From contig NC_086108.1 in assembly GCF_963921235.1 (NCBI RefSeq), forward strand, positions 111,354,001 to 111,418,000: a stretch of 64,000 nt of DNA, in the 5' to 3' direction. The notes beneath the pieces were generated by a model that did no database searches, had not been told where the DNA came from, and saw only the letters and a program-made list of their open reading frames with translations. The position numbers and the translations under genes are program-made. Positions 62,231 to 64,000 of the stretch are shown here, one piece after another; position 1 is the stretch's first letter, and every line of letters begins with the position of its first letter. Source of the stretch: Mobula hypostoma (taxonomy: Eukaryota).

Positions 62231-63991
62231 TTAACATTGGGATAAGCAATCAGCTATGATGTTATCAGTACCTTTTACATGTTTTATTACCAAATCAAAT
62301 TCCTGCAATACTAGACTCCAATTTAACATCCTCCTATTTTTATCCTTCATCTTAGTTAGAAACATCAACGGATTATAACCCATGTAAACCACAAGTGGTC
62401 TCTGAGCAACAGAAAGGTTTTGAGGTCTCTGATTATAGGCCTCAAAATGTTGTAAAGCCAGAATAAGTGCTAGCAATTCCTTTTCAACAGTTGAGTAATT
62501 TTTCTGGTGTACATTAAAGTTCTTTGACAAATAAGCTACTGGGTGTTCAATGTCATCCACTCCCTTCTGTAACAGTACTGCCCCAGCAGCTTCGTCACTG
62601 GCGCCTGTTGTTGTAGAAAATGGCTTTGAAAAGTCAGGTGCTTTGAGCACAGGATGATAACACAGAATGGTTTCCAGACGTTCAAATGCCTCCTGGCAAA
62701 GGTCACTCCATTCAAATCTTTCACTCTTCCCCAGGAGTTTTGTTAGAGGGAGGGCGATGTTAGCAAAGTTCTTACAAAACTTTCTATAATACCTAACCAT
62801 TCCTAAAACCCTTCTTAAAGCTTTCTTGTCGGTCAGAACAGGAACTTCAGCAATAGCTTGAACCTTGGCCTGTACGGGAGCCAGCTGGCCTTGGCCCACC
62901 ACATAACCCAGATATGTGACTGTAGCATGGCCAAATTCACCTTTAGCAAGGTTCACAGTAACATTGGCCTTGGACAGTCTATCAAACCGTTTTTCTACAG
63001 CTGCAATATGCTCTTCCCACATGTCATTGCAGACCACTAAATCATTGATATGAACTCCTGTGCTTTCCAACCCTCCAATTACGGAATTGATCATTCTCTG
63101 AAATGTCCTTGGTGCATTTTTCATCCCAAAGGGCAAAACATTGTATTCACACAGTCTAGACAGTGTCACAAATGTTGATATCTCTTTAACCCTCTCTGTT
63201 AAAGGAACTCCCCAGTATCCTTTTAACCAGTCAATCTTAATAAGGTATTTAGCCTTCCCCACTCTATCAATACAGTCATCCATTCTCTTTCTTTGTTCTT
63301 TCTTGTTTCTAATTTCTTCTTCACCCATTTTACTTTTCTCAAAGTTCACTCTGTGAAGATGCCATTTCGTAAGCTGGGCTAAATTCATAATGATGTCATT
63401 CACTGCACCTGTGCCCCATTTCAAAACACCAGTTAGTCCTTTTACTTGTTTATTCGGCTTTGGGTCCAACTGGTGGACCTTATCAGTAATATTTTCCAAA
63501 ACAATGGAATTCTGGCATCTTGGTGGGTCTAGATTCAATGAGTAAACATGTTTTTCCATTCCATTATCAGATTTCACGATTTCATTTTGTTCTACGACAA
63601 ATCTCCCAGCTGCAATCTCAGTAAACAAGTGTCTTATTTTGATTCGACCATTTCGTAAACTTTCCTTGGCAAAGTCACAAAGCTTACCAAATCCCTTCCA
63701 AAGTTCTCGGAGTAGGGTCAAAGGTCCTTTTGGCCTGTAACTGAACACAGGTTCCAACAAATTACCCTTCACTGCCTTCTGAATCGAATCTCCAACAATA
63801 AATAAAAGGAGGGGAATCCCCTCATTCCCATTTTCCTCATTTCTCACACGATGATGTCCACCTAAAGGTATACTGTAAGCCATGTTTAAAATTTCAGCCT
63901 TGTAACCTTTCAAAACCTCCACGTGACTTGCAGGCACTGTGGCTGGTCTCCACCTCCTCATCAACATCCCATCTTTAAGGTAACATCCCAC
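62231..63991 (-). mobile_element. Gmr1-type Ty3/Gypsy pol (integrase remnants, then RT, then RNase H), catalytically degenerate; the element continues beyond the window
   Basis: Integrase-like EILNMAYSIPLGGHH and PLLLF...KGPLTLLRELW precede RT (KIDWLKGYW, LPFGMKNAPRTFQR) and RNase H (HPVAYLSK, NYSTVEKELLA, NIIADCLS). Confidence 0.88.
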
Positions 63992-64000
63992 TGACTCTCT

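Overview
Eukaryotic, repeat-dense vertebrate genomic DNA. The repeat content (CR1, V-SINE, Penelope and Rex families) suggests a cartilaginous fish, probably a ray; this is inference. The one host gene found is the 3' half of a vitellogenin gene on the minus strand. I traced 14 exons by hand from 60509 to the stop at 8462, plus a candidate 18-nt micro-exon. Splice phases are consistent throughout, and all sites are GT-AG except the acceptor of the exon at 56735-56788, which reads CG. The exons encode the end of the lipovitellin heavy chain, a very short phosvitin-like segment, the lipovitellin light chain, the vWD/beta'-component with CGLCG, and the Cys-rich C-terminus. The 5' exons lie beyond the window. 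Introns and the 3' flank are filled with retroelements: many CR1 LINEs, an L1, an RTE, Rex/Babar, Penelope-like elements with minimal hammerhead ribozymes, a sushi/Tf2-type Gypsy element, two solo LTRs and a Gmr1-type Gypsy with integrase before RT. There is also a near-complete restriction-like-endonuclease (HERO-like) non-LTR element bracketed by ~280-bp direct repeats of its own 3' UTR. All calls come from reading the sequence; no database search was run.
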